Assembly: GCA_964549935.1 (NCBI GenBank) | Contig: CAZJVT010000002.1 | Location: 121,336-185,335, forward strand | From: an uncultured Candidatus Saccharibacteria bacterium | GTDB lineage: Bacteria > Patescibacteriota > Minisyncoccia > UBA6257 > 1-14-0-10-44-23 | Length of the DNA: 64,000 nucleotides | Direction: 5' to 3' | Shown here: piece after piece, positions 47,640 through 56,300 of the stretch | How the letters are laid out: each line of letters opens with the position of its first letter | Numbering within the stretch: position 1 is the first letter of the stretch | The notes under the pieces: generated by a model | Databases searched by the model: none | What the model saw: only the letters and a program-made list of their open reading frames with translations | What the model was told of the DNA's origin: nothing | Translations under genes and position numbers: made by a program

Positions 47640-47908
47640 CCTGCCTCCTCAATCCCTCTCTTGCCCCCTCGACCGCGTCAGCTCCCCCCGGAGCCAATCA
47701 CAAATCGAGCTTCAGGCGAGAAATCAGAGCTCGTCAAAGCACTGAATTCTCGCCTGAAAATAAAAAGGCACCTACAAAGAACTAGAGTGTGTTATACATC
47801 TATTGGTAGAAAAAGTCAATAGCACTAGAGCCCGAGACTCACGCTAGAAACAGACGCATACCACACTTTCATTGTATGCCCGCTCGCTCAACTACGCAAT
47901 CAAACTTA

Positions 47909-48556
47909 TTAACTCCCGCGCTGCACACGCCACTCGTTAATCAACTTGTGATTGCCTTCCATCAAAACCGCTGGAACTTTTAAAGACTTTTTGCCGAGCT
48001 TAACCACCTCCGGCTTTGTATACACCGGGTAGCTGCCCTGATTTTCTTCGAGCGATTCTGTTTTGCCAAGAACTCCTGGGATCTGACGCGAGACCGCGTC
48101 GATGATAATGGCCGCACCCAGCTCTCCCCCGGTAATCACGTACTCACCGAGCGAGATCTCCTCATCGGCGACGTACTGCGCCACGCGCTCATCTACGCCT
48201 TCGTAACGGCCGCAGATAAAGATAATCTGATCGTAAAGCGCTAAACGTTTAGCGTCTTTATTGGTGAATTTTTCCCCGCGAGTGCTGAGCAGTATCACTC
48301 TCCTACGTTTCACGTTGCGCGTTTTACGTTTCACGGCCGCGACTGCGTCGGCAATCGGCTGAAAGGCCATTACCATCCCCGCCCCACCGCCATACGGCCG
48401 GTCGTCCACCTTTTTGTGCTTATCTTTTGAAAACGCACGAATGTCGTGCCCCTTTACGGCAATCAGCTTCTTTTCCTGCGCGCGCTTTAAAATCGACTCG
48501 GAAACGTACGAGTCGAGCATCTTCGGGAAAATCGTGAGAATATCAAACTTAATCAT
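47909..48556 (-). CDS. trmD: tRNA (guanine-N1) methyltransferase TrmD
   Basis: DDRPYGGGAGMVM, CGRYEGVDER, SLGEYVITGGE. Confidence 0.97.
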   Translation of the reverse strand: MIKFDILTIFPKMLDSYVSESILKRAQEKKLIAVKGHDIRAFSKDKHKKVDDRPYGGGAGMVMAFQPIADAVAAVKRKTRNVKRRRVILLSTRGEKFTNKDAKRLALYDQIIFICGRYEGVDERVAQYVADEEISLGEYVITGGELGAAIIIDAVSRQIPGVLGKTESLEENQGSYPVYTKPEVVKLGKKSLKVPAVLMEGNHKLINEWRVQRGS

Positions 48557-48609
48557 GGCATCTAGTTTTACCACGAATGCAAAAAAAATACAAAATACGC
48601 GGGAAACTA

Positions 48610-48834
48610 CTATTTTTTGTGCCTAGCTGTTATGAAAAGTAAAATGCCTATCAAAATAAGCGCTCCTGCTACTTTCAAAATCAGTATGCCTAAAAAAGCG
48701 AAAAAAAACGCGATCAACATACCCGCTGCTGCTGCAAACCCGCTAAAAAACGCAACGCATAGGGAAACTATAACCGGTAATGCTATTATACCAATTGCGA
48801 GGCCGAATGCGATTCTGGCTATACTCCTAAGCAT
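48610..48834 (-). CDS. Small hydrophobic protein
   Basis: 74 aa, almost entirely hydrophobic. Confidence 0.55.
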   Translation of the reverse strand: MLRSIARIAFGLAIGIIALPVIVSLCVAFFSGFAAAAGMLIAFFFAFLGILILKVAGALILIGILLFITARHKK

Positions 48835-48939
48835 ATTCTTATCCTAACACAAAACCCGCCCATCGCCTCGCAGAAGCTTTAGCGAAGGCGGGTGGCGGGT
48901 TTTGACTGTCTGCTAGCTACTGTCTCCTGACTACTGGCC

Positions 48940-49383
48940 CTAGAACGTTAACTCGTCCGCGACCGGACCATCAAACTTCGGAGTGCTCGGCACATACGGA
49001 CCGGATGGAATCGCAGCCTCCTCCTCGTGGTGCGTCTGGGACGGCGCGTGACCGGCACCATAGGCGGTTGTCTGCGTCTGGCGCGGAGCAATCGGACGAG
49101 CAGCAGCCTCCGGACGGACGAAGGTCGAACCCTCCGGCTCCTCAATCTTAAGATTGACGCGAGCCTGGTGCTTAATACCGACGATACGCAGCAGTGAGCG
49201 AATCGCCTTTGCGGTTGCGCCCTGACGACCGACGACCTGGCCCATATCCTCTTTATGCACCTTCAAGCGAAGCAGCACGCCGAGGTCATCAATCGTGCGC
49301 TCTACCTTCACCTCCTCCGGATGATCAACGAGAGACTTTACTAAATACTCCAGAAACTCCTGATCTAAGAATTTATCTGCCAT
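48940..49383 (-). CDS. khpA: KH-domain RNA-binding protein KhpA with C-terminal extension
   Basis: LVDHPEEV, DMGQVVGRQGATAKAIRSLL; downstream of rpsP. Confidence 0.9.
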   Translation of the reverse strand: MADKFLDQEFLEYLVKSLVDHPEEVKVERTIDDLGVLLRLKVHKEDMGQVVGRQGATAKAIRSLLRIVGIKHQARVNLKIEEPEGSTFVRPEAAARPIAPRQTQTTAYGAGHAPSQTHHEEEAAIPSGPYVPSTPKFDGPVADELTF

Positions 49384-49539
49384 ACAATCATTTCTTTCAT
49401 TTCATTCAAACGACCTTTTAATATGTAATATTTACCTTGTCTAGTGTAACAAATCCTAAGAATCTGTAAACAAACGGGCGCCCTACTGGGCGCCCGTTTG
49501 TTTCTGTACGATTTGTGATACGCGCTTTGCGCGAAGGTA

Positions 49540-49824
49540 CTACTTCGCAGCCTTCACCTTCTTGATCTCGTGGTTTGCACGGGCTTTGCCCTCTACCACC
49601 TTGCTTCTAACGAGGAGGTTGTAGACGGTATCGCTCGCCTGCGCACCGACGCTCATCCAGTACTTCACGCGTTCAACTTTGAACTCGGCTTTCTTGGTGT
49701 GCGGGTTGTACCAGCCCAAATCCTCGAGCGAATCCCCCTTCAGCTTGCTGCGGCGTTCGCCGACAACAAGACGAAAAGCGGCCTGGTGCTTCTTTCCAAT
49801 TCTTTTTAAACGAAGTGCTAACAT
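49540..49824 (-). CDS. rpsP: 30S ribosomal protein S16
   Basis: LRLKRIGKK, LGWYNP, YWMSVGAQASDTV. Confidence 0.96.
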   Translation of the reverse strand: MLALRLKRIGKKHQAAFRLVVGERRSKLKGDSLEDLGWYNPHTKKAEFKVERVKYWMSVGAQASDTVYNLLVRSKVVEGKARANHEIKKVKAAK

Positions 49825-49928
49825 AGTATTTGTTTTTTAAGTATCACTGACTCCGCTCTAGCAGCGCGGGGAGGCCCGCACAGCGAGGTCAGCAATGGGA
49901 GAAATAATACGCGAAAAGAGCCAAAGTG

Positions 49929-51053
49929 TCAACGCCGGTCCTCTAGAGACGGCGGATTATATTCGGGCAATTCTTCTTTTTTTATCTTTTCCCATTCTAA
50001 TTTGACCTTGTTGTTCAACTTAACAAACCCGAAACCTTGCGCCTTTCCCTGCTCATGCATTCGCCGTAAATTACCCGAAAAATCATGGGCATTGCCATAA
50101 ATTATCGCAATAAACTTCTTACTATCCTTAACTGCCCCTTGAAGGGCGGCATCGAGAGCAATGTCCTCGCGTTGATTTTGTAACTGAATGACAGGGGCGG
50201 TATCTGCCTCTTTCAAAACTCCCTCCTCGTCTTTTTTATACATCTCCCTAGTCATTGCCTCAGTTTTGTCTACCACCTCTTTATTTTCGGCGGCCCGCAC
50301 GCGGAATATATGTTCGGAGCGAAGTTTTTCGGCAGCTCCCCACACCCAGATGTTTTCGCCGGCTATCAGCCGATCATTCTTGAAATTTGCTCTTGCAGAA
50401 GATAGGGCTTGCAATAAGGCTTCCGGGAGACGTTCGGGTTGAGGAGTTGCTTCGTACGCAGTGAAAAAATCATTGAGACGACAAAGTAGAAAATAAGAAA
50501 ACAAAGCTTTCCCTTCATCGCGCGGAAAATCACCCTCTGCAAGCCGTTTATAATACCCGTTGGTCCACTGCATTATAGTTTGGCCAACGACGACAAATTT
50601 TTTCGCTTCCAAATCTTTGGAAAGCCGGTCAACTGCGGCATCGTCTTCGGCAAACATTTTTTCAATATCCGGAGTCACGCCTTCCACATAGACATCCTCT
50701 ACTCCATGCGTTTTCCGTAAATACAGCAAAGCCTCTTCGATAGCCTTTTGCGCTTCAATAACTGCAGCCTTGGTACGAGGAGCAGCTTCAATGTCATTGA
50801 GATTGTGCTGACCATGAAACTGGCCGATGTGAACGATGTAGCGCTGTCCTAAAGATTTCCATTCGATGTCGAATTTTTCACTGAGAACACCAAGATCGTC
50901 TGGGATTTTTTCAATTTTTTCTTCAATGGGTGGCGGGCTGTCCTGCAAAATACTGCCCCCGGCACCTAGGACAGCAATAATAAGCAATTCTCGAATCTTT
51001 TTTTTGAGATCAGGATTTTCAGAGCTGTGCTCTGATTTTTCGAAGCTCGCCAT
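49929..51053 (-). CDS. Hypothetical protein, possible TraB/ChaN/EreA-superfamily fold
   Basis: HIGQFH, VYVEG, QRED, IIYGNAH in the expected order. Confidence 0.5.
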   Translation of the reverse strand: MASFEKSEHSSENPDLKKKIRELLIIAVLGAGGSILQDSPPPIEEKIEKIPDDLGVLSEKFDIEWKSLGQRYIVHIGQFHGQHNLNDIEAAPRTKAAVIEAQKAIEEALLYLRKTHGVEDVYVEGVTPDIEKMFAEDDAAVDRLSKDLEAKKFVVVGQTIMQWTNGYYKRLAEGDFPRDEGKALFSYFLLCRLNDFFTAYEATPQPERLPEALLQALSSARANFKNDRLIAGENIWVWGAAEKLRSEHIFRVRAAENKEVVDKTEAMTREMYKKDEEGVLKEADTAPVIQLQNQREDIALDAALQGAVKDSKKFIAIIYGNAHDFSGNLRRMHEQGKAQGFGFVKLNNKVKLEWEKIKKEELPEYNPPSLEDRR

Positions 51054-51058
51054 ACAAA

Positions 51059-53257
51059 TTAAACTTTTTGTACTATCTGCTCTGCCTGCTCAATCTTAAT
51101 CGAAAGCAGCTTACTTGTTCCATCTGCAGCCATCGTAACTCCGTAGAGCACGCTGGCGGCTGACATCGTCGCGCGGTTGTGGGTAACAATTACAAACTGC
51201 GTCTTTCCGCCAAAGTTTTCGACTAAGTTGGCAAAACGCTTGGTGTTGTTTTCGTCGAGCGCCGCGTCTACCTCGTCTAAGACTAGAAATGGCGGCGGGC
51301 TGACCGCGATAAGCGCAAAGAGCACGGCGATAGAAACGAGGCTGCGCTCACCGCCGGAGAGCAGATCCAGGCCCTTGATGTTTTTACGCGGAATCGAGAG
51401 CTCGATATCCAGCCCAGCCTCCTGGGCCTGCTGCTCCTCTGAAATTTCCGGAACTGGGCTTTCCTCGCCCTCCATAGCTTTAGCGACGGATGGGTCTTTC
51501 TTCTCTAAATGCAGCTTCGCCTTACCTCCGTTGAACATTAAACGGAAGTAGTTGTTGAACTCATCGTTAACTTTATGCAGTGAGCTCGCGAACTCCTCGT
51601 GCAACTTTCTCTTTAAGTCCGCGATAAGCTGCTTTAAGTCCTTGCCGGCCTTCTCGAGGTCGGTTATCTGCTGCTCCAAAAAGGCATAACGCTCCTCCAT
51701 CTGCTTGGCCTGCTCAATCATTGCTGGGTCGATGTCGCCAATAGCAGCAAGTTCGCCGCGTAGACGCAACATTTTGCGCTCCAGCTCAGCCAAACTCGCC
51801 CCATCCGTTTCTTGCGCAGTAAAATCAGCCAAGGCTCGGCCGGACTGCTTTGCCTGATGCTCGAGCTCATTCCGGCGCATCGTAATCTTTTCTCGTTCAA
51901 ACTGCAGACGGCTCTTTTGCGTCTCGAGTCCGTTAATTTCATTTTGCTTGGCCTGCACTTTTTCAAAGGCGGCTTTAAACAGCACGTTAAACTCACGCAT
52001 CTCACCGGCCAACCGGTTTTCCATCGTGCCCAATTCTTGTAGATGCTTTTCGAGCTGCTCAAGTTCGCCGAGCAGCTTCTTTTTTACAGCACCGAGCTCC
52101 TCGTGACGCGTCTGCGCCTCACGACTCCCACCGTCTAACACGCCTTCAATCTTCTCCGAAAGCATCTTGAGCAGCTGCTTAATCGCAGCAATATCGTCAG
52201 CCGCGAGCGCCTTATTGACCGCCTCTTTCGCGTCCTTAACCACAGCCAGTAACTCCGCCTCTTTGACGGTCGCCTTGGGTCGCGAGAGTAAAAACTCAAT
52301 CTCCGCCTCTAATCTTCCGAGCTCTTTTTGAATCTGCCCGCGACGCTGCAGTAGCTCCGCTTGTTTTTGTTTGAAAGTGTCGTACTCACTCTTGGCCGGC
52401 TTGCCCGCCGAAGCTTCAGCGAAGGCGGGCTGACGCTTCTCTACTCCCGCGAGCTCCTCGCGCAAAGCGTGTAGCTCCTTAGCCTTTTCAGCGAGCTGAC
52501 CATCAAGCAGTTTTACCTGTGGCGCGATTCTTTCTTCATCAATGGCGAGCTCAAACAGCTTCGCGCCGAAGTAGGACTGCTCAAACTGCGCGAGCTCGGC
52601 CTTAACCTGATCGTGCTTTTCGAAGCGGCCTGCCTGGCGGCGCAGCAGACGCAGTGACGGCAACAGCTCCTCGACGAGTGCCTTGGCTTTATCTAAATTG
52701 ACCTGCGTGGTCTCGAGCTTGTTTTCCGCCTCGTGCCGCTTAATCTGATACTGGCGCAATCCCAAAACCTCCTCGAGCATCACGCGGCGCTCAATCGGCG
52801 AGGCTTTAATAAACAAATCAGCGTTGCCCTGGTTAATAATGGCAAAACCTTTGGTACCTAGGCGTGCTTTTGAAAAGAAATCAACGATGTCGCGCATGCG
52901 CACCTCCCCGTCGTTAATAAAGTAGGCGGAGGTGCCATCACGAGTGACGCGGCGGCGAATCGTTACCTCGGTGTAGTCTACCGGGAAAAAGTGCGTGCTG
53001 TTATCAAACGTAATTTTAACTTCAGCGAAGCTGGAGCGTGGGCGCGTCAGCGTACCGGAATACAAAAGGTTCTCGCTTTTTTCCGCACGAATGTTTTTAG
53101 CCGAGCTTTCACCGAGAATCCAACGCAACGCGTCGATGACGTTTGATTTACCGCTTCCGTTTGGCCCGACGATGGCAGTTACCCCGTCGCCAAATTCCAG
53201 CGTAGTTTTATTCGCAAAACTCTTGAATCCGAATAATTCGAGGCGCTTTAAATACAT
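51059..53257 (-). CDS. smc: Short SMC-family ATPase
   Basis: GFKSFA, GPNGSGKSN, IINQG, LSGGE, LDEVDAALD, VTH; coiled coil. Confidence 0.88.
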   Translation of the reverse strand: MYLKRLELFGFKSFANKTTLEFGDGVTAIVGPNGSGKSNVIDALRWILGESSAKNIRAEKSENLLYSGTLTRPRSSFAEVKITFDNSTHFFPVDYTEVTIRRRVTRDGTSAYFINDGEVRMRDIVDFFSKARLGTKGFAIINQGNADLFIKASPIERRVMLEEVLGLRQYQIKRHEAENKLETTQVNLDKAKALVEELLPSLRLLRRQAGRFEKHDQVKAELAQFEQSYFGAKLFELAIDEERIAPQVKLLDGQLAEKAKELHALREELAGVEKRQPAFAEASAGKPAKSEYDTFKQKQAELLQRRGQIQKELGRLEAEIEFLLSRPKATVKEAELLAVVKDAKEAVNKALAADDIAAIKQLLKMLSEKIEGVLDGGSREAQTRHEELGAVKKKLLGELEQLEKHLQELGTMENRLAGEMREFNVLFKAAFEKVQAKQNEINGLETQKSRLQFEREKITMRRNELEHQAKQSGRALADFTAQETDGASLAELERKMLRLRGELAAIGDIDPAMIEQAKQMEERYAFLEQQITDLEKAGKDLKQLIADLKRKLHEEFASSLHKVNDEFNNYFRLMFNGGKAKLHLEKKDPSVAKAMEGEESPVPEISEEQQAQEAGLDIELSIPRKNIKGLDLLSGGERSLVSIAVLFALIAVSPPPFLVLDEVDAALDENNTKRFANLVENFGGKTQFVIVTHNRATMSAASVLYGVTMAADGTSKLLSIKIEQAEQIVQKV

Positions 53258-53304
53258 TGCTTATATTGTACAGGATTGGCGTTCCGAAAACTACAGATCG
53301 CGAC

Positions 53305-53790
53305 CTAGTAGCCCTTCTGTATGAAATTTACACTCGTCGGAACATTAAAGATGCTCTCGCCACCCGTCCAAACAGCACATTCAAAACCCTGCATCCCATA
53401 CGTAGGTATGGCCTGATAATATGCCGCTGCCGTTGTACCGGATTGCGTAGAGCTTTTTGAAGCGCCGAAACTTATCTTTCCGTTGTCGGTAGCCCACGTG
53501 TATGACATATCATCGCGAACTAAATGATAATCAACAGCAACCCGAGTCGACCCCATCTTGGAAACAATCTCAGTACGCACCTTATCCGGTGCAAGGTACA
53601 TAGTTGTCCCTGTCTTGTCCACACACTTATACATCGCCCCAGTTTTTGTCTCTGCTGCAGCAAACAGCGCCTGCGTTTGCGGGTCTCCTACTGGTTCAAT
53701 TACTGCTACTTTCCCACCGGAATTACTGAAAACGTAATACCCTAATCCGAGAGCAGCCGCGATCACGATGATGATAATGAACATTTTCAT
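53305..53790 (-). CDS. Hypothetical exported protein
   Basis: N-terminal signal/TM; two Cys; FNVPTSVNF C-terminus. Confidence 0.7.
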   Translation of the reverse strand: MKMFIIIIVIAAALGLGYYVFSNSGGKVAVIEPVGDPQTQALFAAAETKTGAMYKCVDKTGTTMYLAPDKVRTEIVSKMGSTRVAVDYHLVRDDMSYTWATDNGKISFGASKSSTQSGTTAAAYYQAIPTYGMQGFECAVWTGGESIFNVPTSVNFIQKGY

Positions 53791-53807
53791 CTTGATAGAA
53801 AGAAAAA

Positions 53808-54290
53808 TTACATTGTCGGCGAAACCGGGGGCTGTTGATTCGGGAGGGTTGGTGCCTGGCTCACAGTTGCCATACCGATGTAATACGGACGAACCTGCAT
53901 AAGCAGATAGAGCTCAATCGCTATTGAAATGAGAGCCGTTACGACATTACCCATCAACAAGCTGCCGATTGCCCCAACGGCGACGCTGTAAAACATAAAA
54001 GTCCAACCCGTCTTCGCCCGTTTAAACAAGCCCGGAACGGCCAATATATTAAGCACAATGCCGATTACAAGGAAAATCCAGTACCAACTAAAGAAACCGG
54101 ACATTGCCAGCCCTCCGTAGGTCGCAAAATACGAGCCAAACCCTAAAACAGCCAGTATCGCCGGAATGCCCAGCAAAATCCCGAGAATCGCTAAATATGG
54201 AGCGACTTTCACAAGAAACTCGCGCAGACCGGTCGGAAGCGCTGGAAGACTTGCATTAATTCCCTCGAGCCAAGTAATTAAACTGTCCAT
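53808..54290 (-). CDS. Hypothetical membrane protein
   Basis: Four TMs; LP...REFLVKVAPY, PGLFKR...GW. Confidence 0.75.
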   Translation of the reverse strand: MDSLITWLEGINASLPALPTGLREFLVKVAPYLAILGILLGIPAILAVLGFGSYFATYGGLAMSGFFSWYWIFLVIGIVLNILAVPGLFKRAKTGWTFMFYSVAVGAIGSLLMGNVVTALISIAIELYLLMQVRPYYIGMATVSQAPTLPNQQPPVSPTM

Positions 54291-54348
54291 AGTTTAATAA
54301 ATATTTAATATTGACTTTTATCAAGCATACCATGGAACTCTAGGCTGA

Positions 54349-54942
54349 TCATGCCCGCTGTAAATAATAGCCTATATAGAGAATATAGAAGGCTGTCCAG
54401 GCAAATGCGTAGAGAACCAGCCAGCGGTCCGGGTAACGCTGAAACGAGCTCCTAAAAATAAACTTAATGAGCGCGGCCAAAAGAACGCCGGGGGCAACGC
54501 GCACGATACGGTTAAAGACGGTCCAGAGTAAAACAGAAAGTAGCGGCAGGTGCGCACTAAACGCAGCGAAGGCGTAGACCTTGAGCGGCGGGATGATACC
54601 GTTTGGTAATAAAATATTATATGGCAACCCGTGACTTACCTGACTGACGGTTTGCGTGATTAAATTTTTATGAATACCGGGAATGTGCGCCAAAAATCCG
54701 GCTATCGGAAATGAAGTATACGTATAAATAATGTAGGAAAATGTCACGGCCGTAAGGCCGCCGAGGATTGCAAAGAGCCAGGCGCGGATGCTGCGACGCG
54801 GCTCAAAAAGTACCAGGAAATAAATGTACACGTCCGGCACGATAAAAAAGGCGATCCCTTCCGCGAAGCCCCACCAAAAACCTATCAAGGCGGCGGCGCG
54901 CTTCGACCGAACCGGCGCAAGAGTTTCGAGCATAGAACTCAT
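54349..54942 (-). CDS. Membrane protein, YqaA/DedA-like
   Basis: FAEGIAFFIVPD, PLKVY motifs. Confidence 0.65.
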   Translation of the reverse strand: MSSMLETLAPVRSKRAAALIGFWWGFAEGIAFFIVPDVYIYFLVLFEPRRSIRAWLFAILGGLTAVTFSYIIYTYTSFPIAGFLAHIPGIHKNLITQTVSQVSHGLPYNILLPNGIIPPLKVYAFAAFSAHLPLLSVLLWTVFNRIVRVAPGVLLAALIKFIFRSSFQRYPDRWLVLYAFAWTAFYILYIGYYLQRA

Positions 54943-54961
54943 ATCACCAGTATAACGCGCA

Positions 54962-55588
54962 CTACGCCACTCGCCTTTTGTGACTGCGATAGATATACCA
55001 CAAAATCAGGCTACTGGTTATCGCCGCGAAGAAGCACCAAACCGAGGCAAAGGTCGCGGAGTAGAAAAGCTGCGCGATAACGGCGGCGAGTAAAACTATG
55101 GAATCGAGCAGGCGTAGGAGCGGCTTGTGGCTCATCAGCAGCGCGCCGAAAACCGCCAGCGAGTAGAGTATCCCGCCGACAAAATGAACTGGTACAATGA
55201 CACCGTAATCAATGCTCTGCCCGACGACGTGAATATTCAGCGGGTGCATAATCAGCCCGATAAGCGAAAGTAGCGATGAAACCGCGCCCATGGCGATAAA
55301 CCAGCGCAGGATTTTTCTACTCCCTCGGTCGAGGTAGTACATCGCAACCGGCACGTAGACCGGCCACAGCAGATAAGCGAAGAAAACAAACCCATACCCG
55401 GCAAGTAACGACTGTTCGCCGCGATTTATAAATAACCACTGCACTCCCTCCAGACCCTGTTGCACCGCAAATAAAAGCGAGATGAGCGCGGTTAGTTTTT
55501 GTTTCTTACTTGCGAACTTGAGCGAGCCGACACCGACCGCAGCAAGCCCGCCGCTTGCAATGAAGCTAGCTTCAGGAGAAAAACACAT
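54962..55588 (-). CDS. Membrane protein (DUF6629-like)
   Basis: MCFSPEASF, QQGLEG.QW, SVWCFFAA. Confidence 0.7.
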   Translation of the reverse strand: MCFSPEASFIASGGLAAVGVGSLKFASKKQKLTALISLLFAVQQGLEGVQWLFINRGEQSLLAGYGFVFFAYLLWPVYVPVAMYYLDRGSRKILRWFIAMGAVSSLLSLIGLIMHPLNIHVVGQSIDYGVIVPVHFVGGILYSLAVFGALLMSHKPLLRLLDSIVLLAAVIAQLFYSATFASVWCFFAAITSSLILWYIYRSHKRRVA

Positions 55589-55591
55589 GGA

Positions 55592-56296
55592 CTAAATAAG
55601 CGGCTTGCGTTGCTTTTCAATAATCTCCAGCGCCTTTTTAGCAGCATCTACCTCGCCGTCCTGCTTACTCGGCCCACTGCCCTGCGCGATGAGCTGTTCA
55701 CCAAAGTAGACACCGATGCTGAAAACTTTTTTGTGATCCGGACCTTCACTGGAGAGCACGCGGTAGGTCGGAGTTATCTTCAGCGAGGCCTGCACCTTTT
55801 CCTGGAGCTGACTCTTAGCATCAACATGGAGCTCCTGACGGATGATTTCTTCTAAGTGACTCGTAACAAAAGTATTAATAAACTTACGCGCTGGGATATA
55901 CCCGCCGTCCTGGTAAATCGCACCGATGATTGATTCAAGCGCGTTGGCTAAAATAACATCACGAGCCCGACCCATATCCTTTGCTTCGCCGCGAGAAAGA
56001 AGCACGACGGCATCAATCCCCGCCTCTCGGGCAACTCCGGCAAGCATCACGTAGTTGACGAGCGCGGCGCGGACCGAGGTCATCCATCCCTCCTCCTGAT
56101 CCGGGTAACGATTAAAAAGCTCCTCGGTAATGACGAGTTCGAGTACGGCGTCGCCTAAAAACTCCAAACGCTCGTTGTGCGGGACCTTCCACTCCGGGTG
56201 CTCATTTAAATAGGAACGGTGAGTCAAAGCCTCATTGAGCAAGGCTTCATTCTTAAACTCGTATTTGATTGATGCTTGAAAGTCGTTTTTTGGCAT
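55592..56296 (-). CDS. rnc: Ribonuclease III
   Basis: NERLEFLGDAVL; dsRBD with GPDHKK.F. Confidence 0.97.
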   Translation of the reverse strand: MPKNDFQASIKYEFKNEALLNEALTHRSYLNEHPEWKVPHNERLEFLGDAVLELVITEELFNRYPDQEEGWMTSVRAALVNYVMLAGVAREAGIDAVVLLSRGEAKDMGRARDVILANALESIIGAIYQDGGYIPARKFINTFVTSHLEEIIRQELHVDAKSQLQEKVQASLKITPTYRVLSSEGPDHKKVFSIGVYFGEQLIAQGSGPSKQDGEVDAAKKALEIIEKQRKPLI

Positions 56297-56300
56297 AGGA

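Noticed and set aside
14067-47697. Long antisense or alternate-frame ORFs (e.g. 14067..14801+, 15440..16036+, 20208..20993-, 27698..28414-, 47068..47697-)
   Set aside because: They shadow better-supported genes, lack motifs and SD sites, and are expected in GC-rich DNA.
49845-49900. Structured rpsP leader or SRP RNA
   Set aside because: It is a modest hairpin without the SRP GGAA/AGCAG motif; evidence is insufficient.
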